Source: the human T2T-CHM13v2.0 reference genome, Homo sapiens
DNA: 64,000 nt
Assembly (NCBI RefSeq): GCF_009914755.1
Contig: NC_060944.1
Reading direction: 5' to 3' (one strand)
Made by a program: the position numbers and the translations under genes
Notes under the pieces: model-generated
Database searches by the model: none
What the model was told of the DNA's origin: nothing
Seen by the model: only the letters and a program-made list of their open reading frames with translations
In this document: one piece after another, positions 26,503-40,870 of the stretch
Layout: every line of letters starts with the position of its first letter
How positions within the stretch are numbered: the first letter of the stretch is position 1

Positions 26503-27351
26503 CAGATCTCCAATCTTTTTTCATACTTTTGAAACCTAAAAATCTCTGAAAATCAAAAGTTTTTTTATAACTCATTTGGAAGCAGAACCTGCCTAAACTG
26601 ACATAAGGCTATTTATAGTCATTATTTATGGCAGCTAGTGAGAATGTTCAGATCTTTTAATGCAGAAATAGTAATGTTTTTGCCATCCCAGACCCCACTC
26701 GGCAGGATTAGATAATCCATGGTAAGTGCTTCTGGGGTAAGCAGCCTCCAAGATGACCCCCGATGATCCCCTCTTCCTGGTATTTATGCCCTTGTACATA
26801 ACTCTCCCTGTGAATGTGGGCTGGACTTGTTGGCTTTCTCCCAATGAACAGAATATGGCAGAAGTGATGGAATGGCACTTTGAAGATTAGATTAGATGGG
26901 ATGTAATTTTCATCTTGGATGCCTTCTGTCATCCTCTCTTGAATTGCTTGCCCTGGGGGAAGTCGGCTGCCATATTCTGAGGTAACTCTGTAGAAAAGTT
27001 CAAGTGGTGAAGAATTAAGGTGAGCTACAGCTCAGTGAGATTGAAAGCAGATGCTCCCAGCCCCAGTCAAGCCTTCAGATGAGACCACAGCCCTGGGTGG
27101 CATCCTGACTGTAACCAAGGTCAAGAACTCTTGAGATGGAGCCACCTAGCTAAGCTGCTAAGCCTTGCCCGGATTCCTGACCCTTAGGAACTGTGAGATA
27201 ATACATTTTTTTTGTCGTTATTTTAAGCTGCTAAGTTTTGGGCATTTTGTTTTACAGCAATAGGTAACTAATACAGCACTATATTACTTTCTAAAATTCA
27301 AAGCATCTGACTTACAAAACATATCTGGCCCCAAGACTCAGATGGCTCTGT
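26503..27351 (+). mobile_element. MER46C-like Tigger MITE, split by MLT1F and itself inside a MIR
   Basis: ctctgaaaatcaaaagtttttttataactcatttgg...ggctatttatagtc; resumes at tattactttctaaaatt...catatctggccccaag; MIR halves at about 26450-26500 and 27352-27435. Confidence 0.7.
26731..27275 (+). mobile_element. MLT1F-like LTR
   Basis: gcagcctccaagatgacccc...cagtcaagccttcagatgag...cagcaataggtaactaataca. Confidence 0.85.
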
Positions 27352-27794
27352 AGTACCTACTTCATAGGGCAATACTTGTTAATTGCTTAAAATCATGCAT
27401 GGTACATTGTAGTAGTCAATAAATATTAGTTACTTTTAATCTTACCAAGATTTTTTTCTGTTGATTTATTAAATGAGATTGTACCACTTCTTTGGTTTTT
27501 GGTATTATCACTTACCAACACATTATTCTGCAACTTGCTTTCCCCCACGGCCCCCCCACCCCATTTAATAGTATTTTACAGAGTCTTCCAGGTCAATATA
27601 GATATAGATTTTAGTCATTTAAAAAATCAGTCAAATTCCTTACTGATCAGCTTTTTTTTTTTTTTTTTTTTTAGTTATTTTTTTCTTTCTCATTATTCCA
27701 GTTATTTTTTTCTTTGTTTTGGCCACTATAGACAATACTGCAAAAACTGTCTTGAGAATATTTTCAACTCAGCTGAGTAGTCCAAATTCAAATT

Positions 27795-27940
27795 TTTAAA
27801 GTCAGCTTTATAGAGGTATGATTTACACACAGTAAAATTCAACTCTTTTAAAAGTGTACAGTTCTATGTGTTTTGACAAATGTACACAGTCATATAGACT
27901 ACCACTGTCATCAAGCTATGTAACAATTCCATCATCCCCA
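27795..27940 (-). mobile_element. L1M 3' stub
   Basis: cagctttatagaggtatgatttaca...aagtgtacagttc..gttttgacaaatg. Confidence 0.7.
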
Positions 27941-28129
27941 AATTCAATTTTGTTTAATATCTTTTGTTTTAAAAAGGTAGCAACTACAGAACAATATCAG
28001 CGCAACATTGTAGACTATAACCATGTAAACTACCCTCCCTCTACTCCAACGTTAAAAGAAAAATCCAGCCAAACTGAAATGGCTCTTCAATTACTCCCAA
28101 GTTTTTAAACCTTTGCCAAAAGTGTTTGA

Positions 28130-28260
28130 GCTTAATTAAGTTAAAATATTTCAAAGGGAGCCCAGTTGTAATAATTTGTTTATAATACAAGCTTCCCTTT
28201 GATCATGAATGTTCACTTTTATAGAAACCCTGTTATCATTCTTGGGATAAGGGATAAAGT
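28130..28260. promoter_or_regulatory. Candidate enhancer with paired TCF/LEF sites
   Basis: TTCAAAGGG 28150-28158 and CCCTTTGATC 28195-28204, plus GATA and TAATTA motifs; motif evidence only. Confidence 0.3.
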
Positions 28261-29123
28261 AAATTAACTTTGCGTTGGAGAAAAAAAACACAGGAAATTA
28301 AAGAAGTACCTGAGGTGAACTGCCTTATTAATAACAGAAAGATGTGACTTTATTGAGCCATTGGGCCAGTGGGGTGGAAACATAGAGTCTGTGGGGGAAT
28401 AGTGTGAATTGCTTAGATATTATGGATACAGTTTATTAAAAAGATAGCTTTAAAAAATGCGCTTAATATCCCTCTTTCTGGTCCCAGTGCGAACCCTCCT
28501 GGTTCTTGCAAAAGACAAACATTGCCTTGAGAAAGTTAGCAAACAACGGCGCAGCACTCTTTCTTAATTTGGCTGGAAGTAGCTGGGGAAGGATTTTACA
28601 TCTGTGCTGGTGGGCGTCCCAGGACAGAAGAAATTCAGTGCCACTTTTCCAATCCTTCCTTCTTACTTGCTTTGAAGAGAAGGTATATATATTTCCTCTA
28701 ATCGTATTTAAAATTCTGCTTTCAGGCTCTCCCTTTCCCTCCTACTATTTCCTTCCTTTTCTCAGCTTAATTTTGTTTTCTTTTGACAAATAGTCAGAAT
28801 TAAAAAAAAAGATCTCTATATTAACTTTAACTAGAGAATAGCTGAGGTGCTGAGAGCATTCTGAGCTGGACTGGACTAGAATTTGCATTAAGATACTGGC
28901 AATGAGATGTAGAAAGAACAGGAGATTTAAAACATATTTTTGCTGGAGACCTGGTTTCTGATGCCAGCTCTACCACTTAAAAGCTGTGAGCATTTAGAGA
29001 CTTTACTTACCCTCTCTGTAACTCAGTTGACTTTATTCATGGGATTATTAGAAATGTCAAGAGAATTAAGGTGTGTGAAAAGACTTTGAAAACCATTAAT
29101 TACCTGTACAGAATAAATGATAG

Positions 29124-29543
<420 letters not shown>

Positions 29544-29647
29544 CAGTCTCGTATTCTTTACAGGTGAAACGGGGAGGATACCTTCTCATGAGGCTGCTGT
29601 GGCTTTTACAGTTAATGTAAGCTCAAGTGTTCTGTAAACTCTAAGCA

Positions 29648-29862
29648 AGAGTTGGGAAACTTTCTGAATATAAATACTGAATGTTTGAGGCTTTGAAACC
29701 TGTATGTTTCTGTTGCAACTGTTTAATTTTACCATTGCAGTACAAAAGAAGCCACAGACAATACATAAATGAGTCGGTGCGGCTGTGTTCCAATAGAACT
29801 TTATTCATAAAACAAGTGGCAGGCCGGATCTGGCTTCACCTGCCACGGTATGCTGGCTCCTG
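29648..29862 (-). mobile_element. MER58A
   Basis: ggctgtgttccaatagaactttatt..aaaacaagtggcaggccggatctggc. Confidence 0.85.
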
Positions 29863-30187
29863 TTCTGAAGCATATGATGCAGTTTCATCGAATTGTCCTA
29901 GTGGGTTTGGAGGCTGTCTGTAACTACTCTTCCGCATTTAGCCTCTCAGGTTGCCACAGAGAAAATGGGGTGGTGATTATGAGCTAGTGGTGTGTGATGT
30001 CAAAATGCTGGGAAGTGTGAACTGCGCCATAAGCTGTGTGGAGGCTCTGAAGGAAAAATTTAGTGGCCTCCATACCTCAAATCTGTATACCAAGAGAAAT
30101 TACAAATGAATGAATGAATAATGAAATTACAAATGATTGGGTAATGAAATTACAAAGGAATGAACGAATGAGTGAAGGAATGAATCA

Positions 30188-30555
<368 letters not shown>

Positions 30556-30569
30556 AAAACTGAATTAAC

Positions 30570-30920
30570 TTTTCAATGTTAAAAAAATAAGGCCATAAAA
30601 GCACTAGAAGAAACCATGAGATCATTTCTGGGTAACCTTGGCCTGAGAGCTGACATTTTCCATGTGACTCAAAATCTAGAAACCGTAAAACAACCCCAAT
30701 AAATTCAAGCATATTATTAAAAATATGTGTGATCAAAAATACCAAAAGCAAAGCAAAATGTCAAATGATAAACTGGGTAATAGTGCAACTTATGTCACAG
30801 ACAAGAAGTTAACCTTTTACTATACAAAGACCTCCTAGAATTTGATAAGAAAATGACCAAAAATCTAAAAAGAAAAACAGTTAAAGGATAATAACAGATG
30901 ATCCACAGGAAAAGGAACCA
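30570..30920 (+). mobile_element. L1ME ORF2 remnant
   Basis: aagcactagaagaaa..atg, tgactcaaaatctagaaacc, aaatgataaactggg, tcacagacaa. Confidence 0.65.
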
Positions 30921-31284
30921 TAAAGGAGAAACCAAGAGAATAGAAACCAACAAAAGCCCTGAGGTGGTTGAGCCACTGAATTACCTGGCTTTGGAAGTAC
31001 TTACGTCGAAACTTACTGTTATGAGATAAAAATGCATTTTGTGTGAATGATTTTGATTCTGCCATTCTGTTATTTACAGCCCAAAGCATCCTAATTGATA
31101 CAGAAATGAATGGCCAGGAGACCCTTTCTCCAATAGTAGGAGAGTAAATAAAGTCCCTGGAACTTAGATTCCTCCTCTCCCCTAGAGAGAAAGGAGAAAA
31201 AGTAGAGAATTCGGAAGTAACCGAGGTTCAACACTAAAATGGCAGATTAGTCACTAATTTAAATGCGTTTTCTTAGAAGGAATC

Positions 31285-32265
31285 TGTTGGTTATTTACAA
31301 ATTACTTCCAAAGTTAGCAGCTTGAAACAAAAAATATTTATTATCACTCAGTTTCTGAGAATCAGGAATTGAGTAGTGGCTCAGTGGAATGGTTCTGGCT
31401 TAGTGATTCTCATGAGGTTGTAGTAAAAATGCTGGCCAGGGCTGTAGTCATCTGCCAGTGTGACAGGGACGTGGGGACAGAGGACCTGCTTCCATGATGG
31501 CTCACTCATGTGGCTGTGGTGCAATCTCTCAGTTCCTTGAATGTGGACTCCCCAACTCCCCCCATCAAGCCATATGCTACTTGAGTGTCCACATAACATG
31601 GTACCTGGCTTCCAGGACAGACAAAGCAGAAATTGCAAGCATCTTAGGACCTAGTCTCAGAAGTCACACACCTTCATTTCAACAATATCTTCTAGGTCAG
31701 GGGTCCCCAACCCCTGGGCCACAGACTGATACTGGCCCCGTGGCCTGTTGGGAACTGGGCTGCAGAGCAGGAGGTGAGTAGTGGATGAGAGAGAGAAGCT
31801 TCATCTGTACTTACAGCCACTCCCCATCACTCACGTGAACGGCACATGTTAGGGATCTAGGTTGCGTGCTCCTCATGAGAATCTAATGCCTGATGATCTG
31901 TCACTGTCTCCCATCACCCTCAGATGGGACTATCTAGTTGGAGGAAAACAAGCACAGGGCTCCCACTGATTCCACAATATGGTGAGTTGTATAATTATTT
32001 TATTATATGTTACAATGTAATAATAATAGAAATAAAGTGCACAATAAATGTAATGTGCTTGCATCATCCTGAAATCATCACCTCCTCCATCCCCTGGTCC
32101 GTGGAAAAATTGTCTTCCGTAAAACTGGTCCCTGGTGCCAAAAAGGTTGGGAACACTGTTCTAGGTCACACAGGTCAGCCCTATTCAGTATGAGAGGGGA
32201 CTACCTAAGCTAGGAATACAAGAAGGCAAAGATCACTGAGGCCATCATGGCAGCTGGTTACCACA
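31285..32265 (-). mobile_element. MLT1E/F-like LTR interrupted by MER1A
   Basis: tttattatcactcagtttctg..aatcaggaatt; gaatacaagaaggcaaagatcactgaggccatc. Confidence 0.75.
31698..32158 (+). mobile_element. MER1A (hAT-Charlie)
   Basis: CAGGGGTCCCCAACCCC...AAGGTTGGGAACACTG; exact 8-bp hAT TSD TTCTAGGT at 31690-31697 and 32159-32166. Confidence 0.93.
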
Positions 32266-33154
32266 AACAACTAGATTAGGTTTTTCTCTTATTGCTCTTG
32301 GTTAAGTTCAATATAAGAAAATAAAGAAAATTACATTTATATCTGCTATTGTAAGGTTTATATAATGAATATCTCTCAATAGGCTTGGGATGAGAGCTGG
32401 GTCATAGATAATTAGACAGTGAGTACATCTTCTGAGGAGATTCTGCTGTGAAAGTTTTGTATGTTTTGTGACGACTGGATTCATATGTTTTGCTAGGTAA
32501 GCAGGGATACATTTTGCATCATGTTTATGTATTTTCAGAGCTTATTCTGTCTGACTATCTCACTATTTTATAAATATGGGCCTTAGAATCTATAAGCAAA
32601 GACAGAACCCCCCTCATCATAATTTCTGGCACCATCTCTACAAATAAATGATTGATCAATTAACTCCTGAAATTCCCATATTATAGAGCTGGGCCCAGGT
32701 AATTTATCTTGAAAAATTTTCACCACAGGTGTTACTGTCACCCAGTGCAGCAGTTGTAAAAAATCTCAATGATGCTTTTGTGAATCATTTGGGTTTAAGC
32801 AATGAGCATCACAGTGAACTCACGGGAAAATATTAATTGCAAAATGTGCCCCCAAGTAGCTAAGTAAATTAACTTGCTGCATGGGATTATAGGTGTTAAA
32901 CCAATTAAAGTTTAGAGAGCATCTGCTACAAATAATGATTTTTCTTTTCAAAGTAGTTAATATTGAGGCATTTCTAAAAGTAGCTAAACAGCAGGACCAA
33001 TAGTCTATTTAGATGGATTCAAACTTGTGTCCAGAAATTACCATCAAAGGGTTTAGAAGACCCTCGTCCTCATCTGTGCTGTAGCATTTATTCATTCTTC
33101 CAACCAGTATTTATTGAGGACTCACCACGTGTCAGGCATTGCACACAGGAGTAT

Positions 33155-33535
33155 TGATATGGTTTGGAGTTGTATCCCCTCCCAAAGCTCATGTTGACTT
33201 GCCATCCCCAGTGTTGGAGGAGGGGCCTGGTGAAAGGTGATTGGATCATGGGGGTGGATTTCCCCCTTGCTGTTACCATGACAGTGAGTTCTCACGAGAT
33301 CTGCTTGTTGAAAGCGTGTGGCACCTTCCCCTACTCTCTCTTCCTTCTGCTCTGGCCATGTAAGATGTGCCTGATTCCCCTTTGTCTTCTGCCATGATTG
33401 TAAGTTTCCTGAGACCTCCCCAGCCATGCTTCCTATACATAGCCTACAAAACTGTGAGCCAATTAAACCTCTTTTCCTTATAAATTATCCAGTTTCAGGT
33501 GTTTCTTTATAGCAGTGCAAGAACAGACTAATACA
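33155..33535 (+). mobile_element. MSTA-like MaLR solo LTR
   Basis: TG...CA termini, tgatatggtttgg...gactaataca; 5-bp TSD AGTAT. Confidence 0.92.
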
Positions 33536-33799
33536 AGTATGCATACAGAGTCCTAAAATAACTTCATATAATTAGAATAATTGGGACAAAATTTATTTTA
33601 AAATAAGAGGGTAGCAGGGGTATGGAAGAGAGCTGTAACAAAACTTTTCTTTTAAGCTGCTTGACATTATTTGATTCAACATGAACCCACTCCTGATAAT
33701 TCTTTCTATTTGCTTTTAGGAAAATGCAAACCTACCTACATACATACAAGTGTGTGTGTTTATAGTGTATCTTCCAGATTGCCATGAGCATGCATGCAT

Positions 33800-34880
33800 T
33801 AGTTTTGTGAAATATTAAAAAAATAGAAAAAAATTAGAAAGACTACAAGAATATTTACCCATAATATCACCATATAGCCATTGTTAACATTTTATTTTAT
33901 CTCTATTACAGGTTTTTTCTATCTCCATAGAAATGCATAACATTTAATGAAATTGGCATCATACTAAATTTATTACTTCATGAGCTGTTTTTAAAATCAA
34001 TAGCCATGATAATTCTCCAATGTCATAAAATAGACTTAGGATATTTTAAATGTTCTCATTTGCTAATTTTGTTGGTTGTTGCCAGGTCCTCACTGTTATA
34101 AGTAATACTGCAATAAACGTTTTTGGAAATAATCCTTGCTTGTGTTGGACACACACAAGTTTCTAGGAGTGGATATTAATATTTTAATATGTTTTAAGAA
34201 CAGTGATAATTCTGGTTCCAATTTATACTTCCATCAGCAGAGCATGAGTGCCTGTCTCATAGTGACACCCTCACCCATAATAAATATCATCTTTTATCTT
34301 CATATTTGCCAATTTTATTCACATTCTTTTACTTCACAATTATTGAGTATAAAGTTGAACTTTTTTTTCCATTTTTATTGGCCACATATTTTTTTCTATT
34401 ATAAAGCGTCTGCTTATGTTCTTTGCTCATTTTTCAAAGGGAGGCATTCTTTTTCTTATTAATGATTAATAAGAATATCTTTTTTGATAAGATCATAACT
34501 TTTATCACATATATTGCAATATCAGGTAATACCTGGCCACTTGCCTTTTATTTTTACTTATGGTATTTTTGACATATATATAATTAAACATGTTTAACTA
34601 CGTTGTACAATTGTATATCTAAAAATAAACATTAATTAAATTATAAGTAAAAAAATTCAACTTTGTTCTGTTGCATGGATCTAACTTGAAATTGTCTCTT
34701 CTTCCCAACTCCTCCAGACCCATTTATTGGATGATTTATAATTTCACATGGACTTAATTGTTGCCTCATTGTACCCCATAAACTGTTACCTTGAATTAGT
34801 CTTTGCGCTCACTTATCAGTTTTCTATTTAAAAAAATGTCCAGTCTTTGCTTATTTGCTTATTCTTTTAGTCTGTTTTAA
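33800..34880 (-). mobile_element. Degenerate L1ME fragments
   Basis: ccaatttatacttccatcagcag, gtctgcttatgttctttgctcattttt. Confidence 0.55.
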
Positions 34881-35834
34881 CTGGGCTCAGAGACCTACTC
34901 AGATTAAGCCAGGAAGGAGGAATTTATTAGGAGAATGAATATGGTTTGGTGTTGGAACTGAATGGGCCTGGACCACTCTTCTGTTTCTTTTGTGGGGATC
35001 ATGGTCCATCTCTTGACTCCATAGCCCTTACCTCTGCCTATGGTTTGCCTGCTCACTCACAATATTTGCTGTTTCTCAGCTTATAGAGAGGCACCATCTT
35101 GACCTATATTGGATTGGAGAACTGATAGCAGCAGGAGAGGGAGTGGTGAGATGGATCAGGAGTTTATTACAGCTTCTGGAAGGAGATGACCATGTGTTGG
35201 ACCAGATGGCAGCCATAGAGAGAAGTGCTGGCAGGATTTGAGATGTATTTTGAAGTTTGAAACTTGAGGCATATCCTGGCGAGGCTTGCTGAGAGATACT
35301 ACATGGAGGCTGAGGGAAAGGGATGGATTAAGATCTTTAAAAATTCTAAAAGTAATGTCTATTCATTGTAGAAAATTGGAAAATATAATGAAAGCACAAA
35401 ATTTTTATAAATCTCTAATCCCATTATAAATGTCTCAAGCTTTGATATATCAATGGAAATAGAATTACCTTTCTACCTCTTGGCCTGGATTAATTTAAAC
35501 CAAATATGGAGGGTGGATTTAGGGTGACTTCCCTTACAATACGAGATATGTACCATTTACAAAACCCACTTTTGAAAGACAACTTGAAAAAGCAGGTGAT
35601 CATTCTGTAAGAGGTTGAAACTAAGGTAGAATGTGGAGCTAAAGGTGCACCAGGAGAGATCTATGTACTTATGAAGATACTGTGGCCAGAAGAAATGAGT
35701 TTTCAAATATGGATCCATGGTTGAAGGTTTCAGTTGTATATGTACCTATGCCCGGTGTTGATTGTTTTGATGAAACTTTTCTTACCTGGGCTGCTCTATA
35801 GAAAGCTCACAGGTAAATGGCAACCAGGATTTCA

Positions 35835-36116
35835 TTTTTTTTTTTTTTTTTGAGACAGAGTCTCGCTCTGTCACCCAGGCTGGAGTGCAGTGGTGTGATC
35901 TCAGTTCACTGCAACCTCCGCCTCCCGAGTTCAAGTGATTCTCTTGCCTCAGCCTCCTGAGTAGCTGTGACTACAGGTGCACGCCTCCATGCCCGGCTAA
36001 TTTTTTGTATTTTTAGTACAGACGGGGTTTCACCATGTTAGCCAGGATGGTCTTGATCTCCTGACCTCATAATCCTCCCACCTCAGCCTCCCAAAGTGCT
36101 GGGATTACAGGTGTGA
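35835..36116 (-). mobile_element. AluSc-like Alu, slightly 5'-truncated
   Basis: gttagccaggatggtcttgatctcctgacctc; TSD AGGATTTC at 35826-35833 and 36117-36124. Confidence 0.93.
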
Positions 36117-36329
36117 AGGATTTCTTAATATAATGTTGTTTGGCTAACACTAATGAGGTTAAGTAATTTACTTACATCTATTTCTGTATCTCTCTATACA
36201 TTTCTATTTCAATATTAATATAATTGTGTGTGCATGTGTGTGTTAAAGCCAGCATTGCTCATCAATATTATATCACAAATATTTTCTAGCCAGCATTTCT
36301 CATCAATATTATAACACAGATATTTTCTA

Positions 36330-36790
36330 ACTGATCGTCGCTGGCATATTCTCAACATTTATTCTGTATCCAGTCAATTTACTAAACTTTCATTTCTAAC
36401 TTTTTAAATTGATCCTTTTGAATTTTCTAGAGGATAGTCATATAATCTGCCAATACTTTCATCTTCTACTTTCAAATAATTATGCTTATCATTATTTTCT
36501 AATCTAACTTTAGTAGCCACATTTCAGAAAAAAATGTTTAATAATATTGTTAAGAAGAGATCCTTTTTTGGGGGTCCTGCTTCTGGTTTTAATGGAACTG
36601 CTGTTAGAGTTTTAAAAGTGTGGTCTCGTCTGTTGATTCGATATAGATATTCTTATGTTTTAGAAGTTGACTTTTATCTCAAGCTTGTTAAGAGTGTTTT
36701 GTTATTATTAAATCAGAGATTTATCTTGAATTTTATCTAACACTTTTCAGATTAAGATGAGTAAGATTATGATGTTTTTCTGGTTTACAG
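36330..36790 (-). mobile_element. Degenerate L1ME ORF2 fragment
   Basis: ttctgtatccagtca..ttactaaact, atagtcatataatctgc, cttgttaagagtgttt. Confidence 0.5.
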
Positions 36791-37444
36791 TCATATTTTA
36801 GATTTATTTTGAGCTCCAATAAGAAGGTTTTTTGGAAAGTAATAATTTTTATTTTAAGTACATAAATTTATTTGTAAAATGTTAATTGACTATGTTTTAC
36901 ACTTCAGACCTTGTGGTGAGTACCTAGAATACAGTAGTGGATGAAGTAAACGTTATTCCTTCCCTAATGGATTTAATAATCTAGATGGGAAAACAGGGGA
37001 ATAAAGGTATAATTTTTGAGTTTGCTGCTTTCTTAGACCTGATTTCTGGTGGTCAAAATTCTTTTAAGAATAGAGTTCTAATTTTAAAATGGGAGACAGT
37101 GGGGCTGCTAAGATTTAACACAGAGAATCTTGCTTTTAAAGCAAGTGGTTTTAGGAATGAACTCATCTTATGATGGAAAATACCTATTAAATTTAAATTA
37201 AACATTTTCAGAAACATATTTATGACTCTAGGAAAGGCAATGCAATCCAAAGCTCATTATTTCAGTGATGTTCAAGGCTCATTGATTTCAACCAAGTTAG
37301 CATTCCTGTTTTGATGCTTTGGCTAACTCTGCTTATGTTCCTGTTGAAAGTAGACGTATCTCAAGAAAAAGAGGTTTTAGTATTTTTAATGCAAGTGATT
37401 TTTCCATTAAGATGTGACTCTCATTCCTAGATCCTGCTATGACA

Positions 37445-37946
37445 GACACTGATGGTTGCCTGGACATTACCCATGTTTCCTTCTTATATACTAAGAAAAT
37501 TCTAATTGTCTTTGGGGAGGAAATATACTCAACTAAAATACTCAAATCTAATACTTCCTTGCAGCTAGGGATGGCCAATTAACCCAGTTTTATCTAATGA
37601 GCTGTAAGCAGAAGGGCTTCTAAGAAAAATTTTGAAGAAAATATTTAGACTTGGATGGCACATCATTTTGGCCCCTTGCCTTTCCCGTTGTTTTCTTTCT
37701 TTTCCTAGAAGACAAAACACTATGCTCAGAGGTTCAGCAGCCATATTGTGATCATAAGAATAAAACATTCACTCTACTAATGAAAAACTGGGGTGTAGAA
37801 GAACCTTGATCTTTGCCGATTCACATATGCAGCTAAAGCAGCTCAGAATTGCTTATCTCTGGATTTCTTGTTACTCGAAAAAGGTGGACCCATATGTTAT
37901 TTGAGCTTTTTGATACTTGAAGCCAAACATGTCCTAACCAATGCAC
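37445..37946 (+). mobile_element. MLT1J/I-like LTR
   Basis: cttccttgcagctagggatggcc...gaggttcagcagccatattgtgatcat. Confidence 0.65.
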
Positions 37947-38039
37947 AGGTAGTGTTTAAAAATAAAAGGAAGAAAAAAGTCCTGCCACAGGATGGAACTA
38001 GCTCCATCAGGACAAATTTTGTTAACTAAATTGACAGTA

Positions 38040-38386
38040 CAGCAGTCCTTCCTTATCCAAAGAGGATACATTCCAAGACCCCAAGTGGATGTGTGAGACC
38101 ACAGGTAGTACTGAAGCCTAGAGAATCTACGGTTTTTGATCTGATAACTGAGATGGCTACGAAGTGACTAAAGGGTGGAATACACTGGACAAAGGGATGG
38201 TTCACATCACAGGTTGAACAGAATGGGAAGGTCAGAGATTTCATCATGCCATTGAGCATGACATACAACTTAAAATTGATGAATTATTTATTTCTGGAAT
38301 TTTCCATTTAATATTTTTGGATCAAGGTTGATCACAGATAACTGAAACTGTGGAAAGTAAAACTAGGGATAAAGGGTAACTGCTGT
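38040..38386 (-). mobile_element. MER44A-like Tigger MITE
   Basis: cagcagtccttccttatcc...ggataaagggtaactgctg terminal inverted repeats; ttatttctggaattttccatttaatattt. Confidence 0.8.
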
Positions 38387-39037
38387 TTAAGAGCACAGAT
38401 TTTCAAAGTGCATGCTCCTGGCACTCTTTGTAAGGTTTTGAGAGAATATTGGGAGGAAATAGAAGGAACCCTAGGGATCTATGCCATTATTTGAAAACAA
38501 AAACTCATCTGGCCCGAGATGAAGGGGTAAGGTTAACATGATGCTTTGTACTTAGTGCCTTATGAATAAACTTCTACTGCTGATCATACGAGCAATTCAC
38601 CTGTAAGTCCTAATAACCCGAGCTTCAAAGGCTCATCCCATTGAAAAGGAATTTCCCCGCCTCTGCAATTCAAATGAAGTAAATACTCACTGAACTGTAG
38701 ACACCTCCTGCTGCTTTTGACTTTCATCTTAAAAAAAGCAGGAGACAGTATTATGCGTTGTAGATCTAAAAATTCATTTGTGAAAGGAGAATCTTCCTTT
38801 TAAAAGGTGACTGTTATTAATTGCAGTTTTATAATTGATCCTTTAAGGAACACAAATGAGTTTTAAATGTTCTCTTTCAATGCACCTCAATGGGTGGAAG
38901 GGTGGGTGTATTGTCTGGGATACCACAGGTAGAACCTTAAGTCTTGGCCTTGTAGAAATCAGGCCAAGATGAAACTGTCTTTTGTGACAAAATTCAACAG
39001 TCTGCCTTAGACAAAAATCAAACAAATCATGAATTAT

Positions 39038-39796
<759 letters not shown>

Positions 39797-39861
39797 ATTA
39801 CTAAGTCAGCTTCTTAGAATTCTTAACAATTGCTCTTAGTTTTCATGGTCATGAAACCGAC

Positions 39862-40001
39862 TTTCTTCCTTTCTTTTTTTTTTTTTTTTTTTTTGACGGA
39901 GGCTCACTCTGTCACCCAGGCTGGAGTGTAGTGGCACCATCTCAGCTCACTGCAAGCTCTGCCTCCTGGGTTCATGCCATTCTCCTGCCTCAGGCTCCCG
40001 A
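39862..40001 (-). mobile_element. Heavily 5'-truncated AluY-type right arm
   Basis: tgcaagctctgcctcctgggttcatgccattctcc. Confidence 0.88.
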
Positions 40002-40577
40002 CTTCCTTAATTCTTCCTTCCTATGAAGAGGAGACTGACAGTTTGCTCAGTCCTGGGCTACATGGTCATTCTGTCTGTAGCATGCATCTAGGATAGAGTG
40101 AGCACCAGCAAAAAATGTCTTAGCTGAACATCTCTTTCAGTCAAATTAAAAAGTTTCTTATAAACAAAATGTAACCATGGCCATGAGAATCTCCTTAGCA
40201 GTTCTTTATCTTTCTATGGGCACAGACAGGATAATTTTTACAAGAAAGATGAAAGAGATCCAGATGTTCCCTCCCCAGAATAGTGTCTTATAAAAATGAG
40301 TTTTCAGGCTGTTTAGATTATTAGCATGTCATAGTGGAACTAAAAATCTCTTAACTCATCACAAGGGCCAGACCTTCAGGATGATACTGGGAATTTCTCA
40401 ATGTTATTGGCAAGAAAAGCATTCAATGAAAATAAAGGTTTACAAAGTAAGAAAGGGAACTCCTAGTTGGTGGGCACCTGCCCTGTTATAGGCACTCAGT
40501 AACATGCTTTCAGCTATTTATCCACACAACAACACTGTGAAAAAGGTAAGGTGTCACTCTTAAATAATGGCAACATG

Positions 40578-40870
40578 GGCCGGGCATGGTGGCTCATGCC
40601 TGTAATCCCAACACTCTGGGAGGCCGAGGCAGGTGGATCATGAGGTTAGGAGATCGAGACCATCCTGGCTAACATGGTGAAACCCCGTCTCTACTCAAAA
40701 ATACAAAAAATTAGCTGGGCGTGGTGGCAGGTGCCTGTAGTCGCAGCTACTCGGGAGGCTGAGGCAGGAGAATGGTGTGAACCTAGGAGCTTGCAGTGAG
40801 CCGAGATCGTGCCACTGCACTCCAGCCTGGGCAATAGAATGAGACTCCATGTCAAAAAAAAAATAATAAT
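40578..40870 (+). mobile_element. AluY inserted in a MIR
   Basis: gagatcgagaccatcctggctaac, ggagaatgg, gagcttgcagtgag; TSD AATAATGGCAACATG. Confidence 0.95.
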
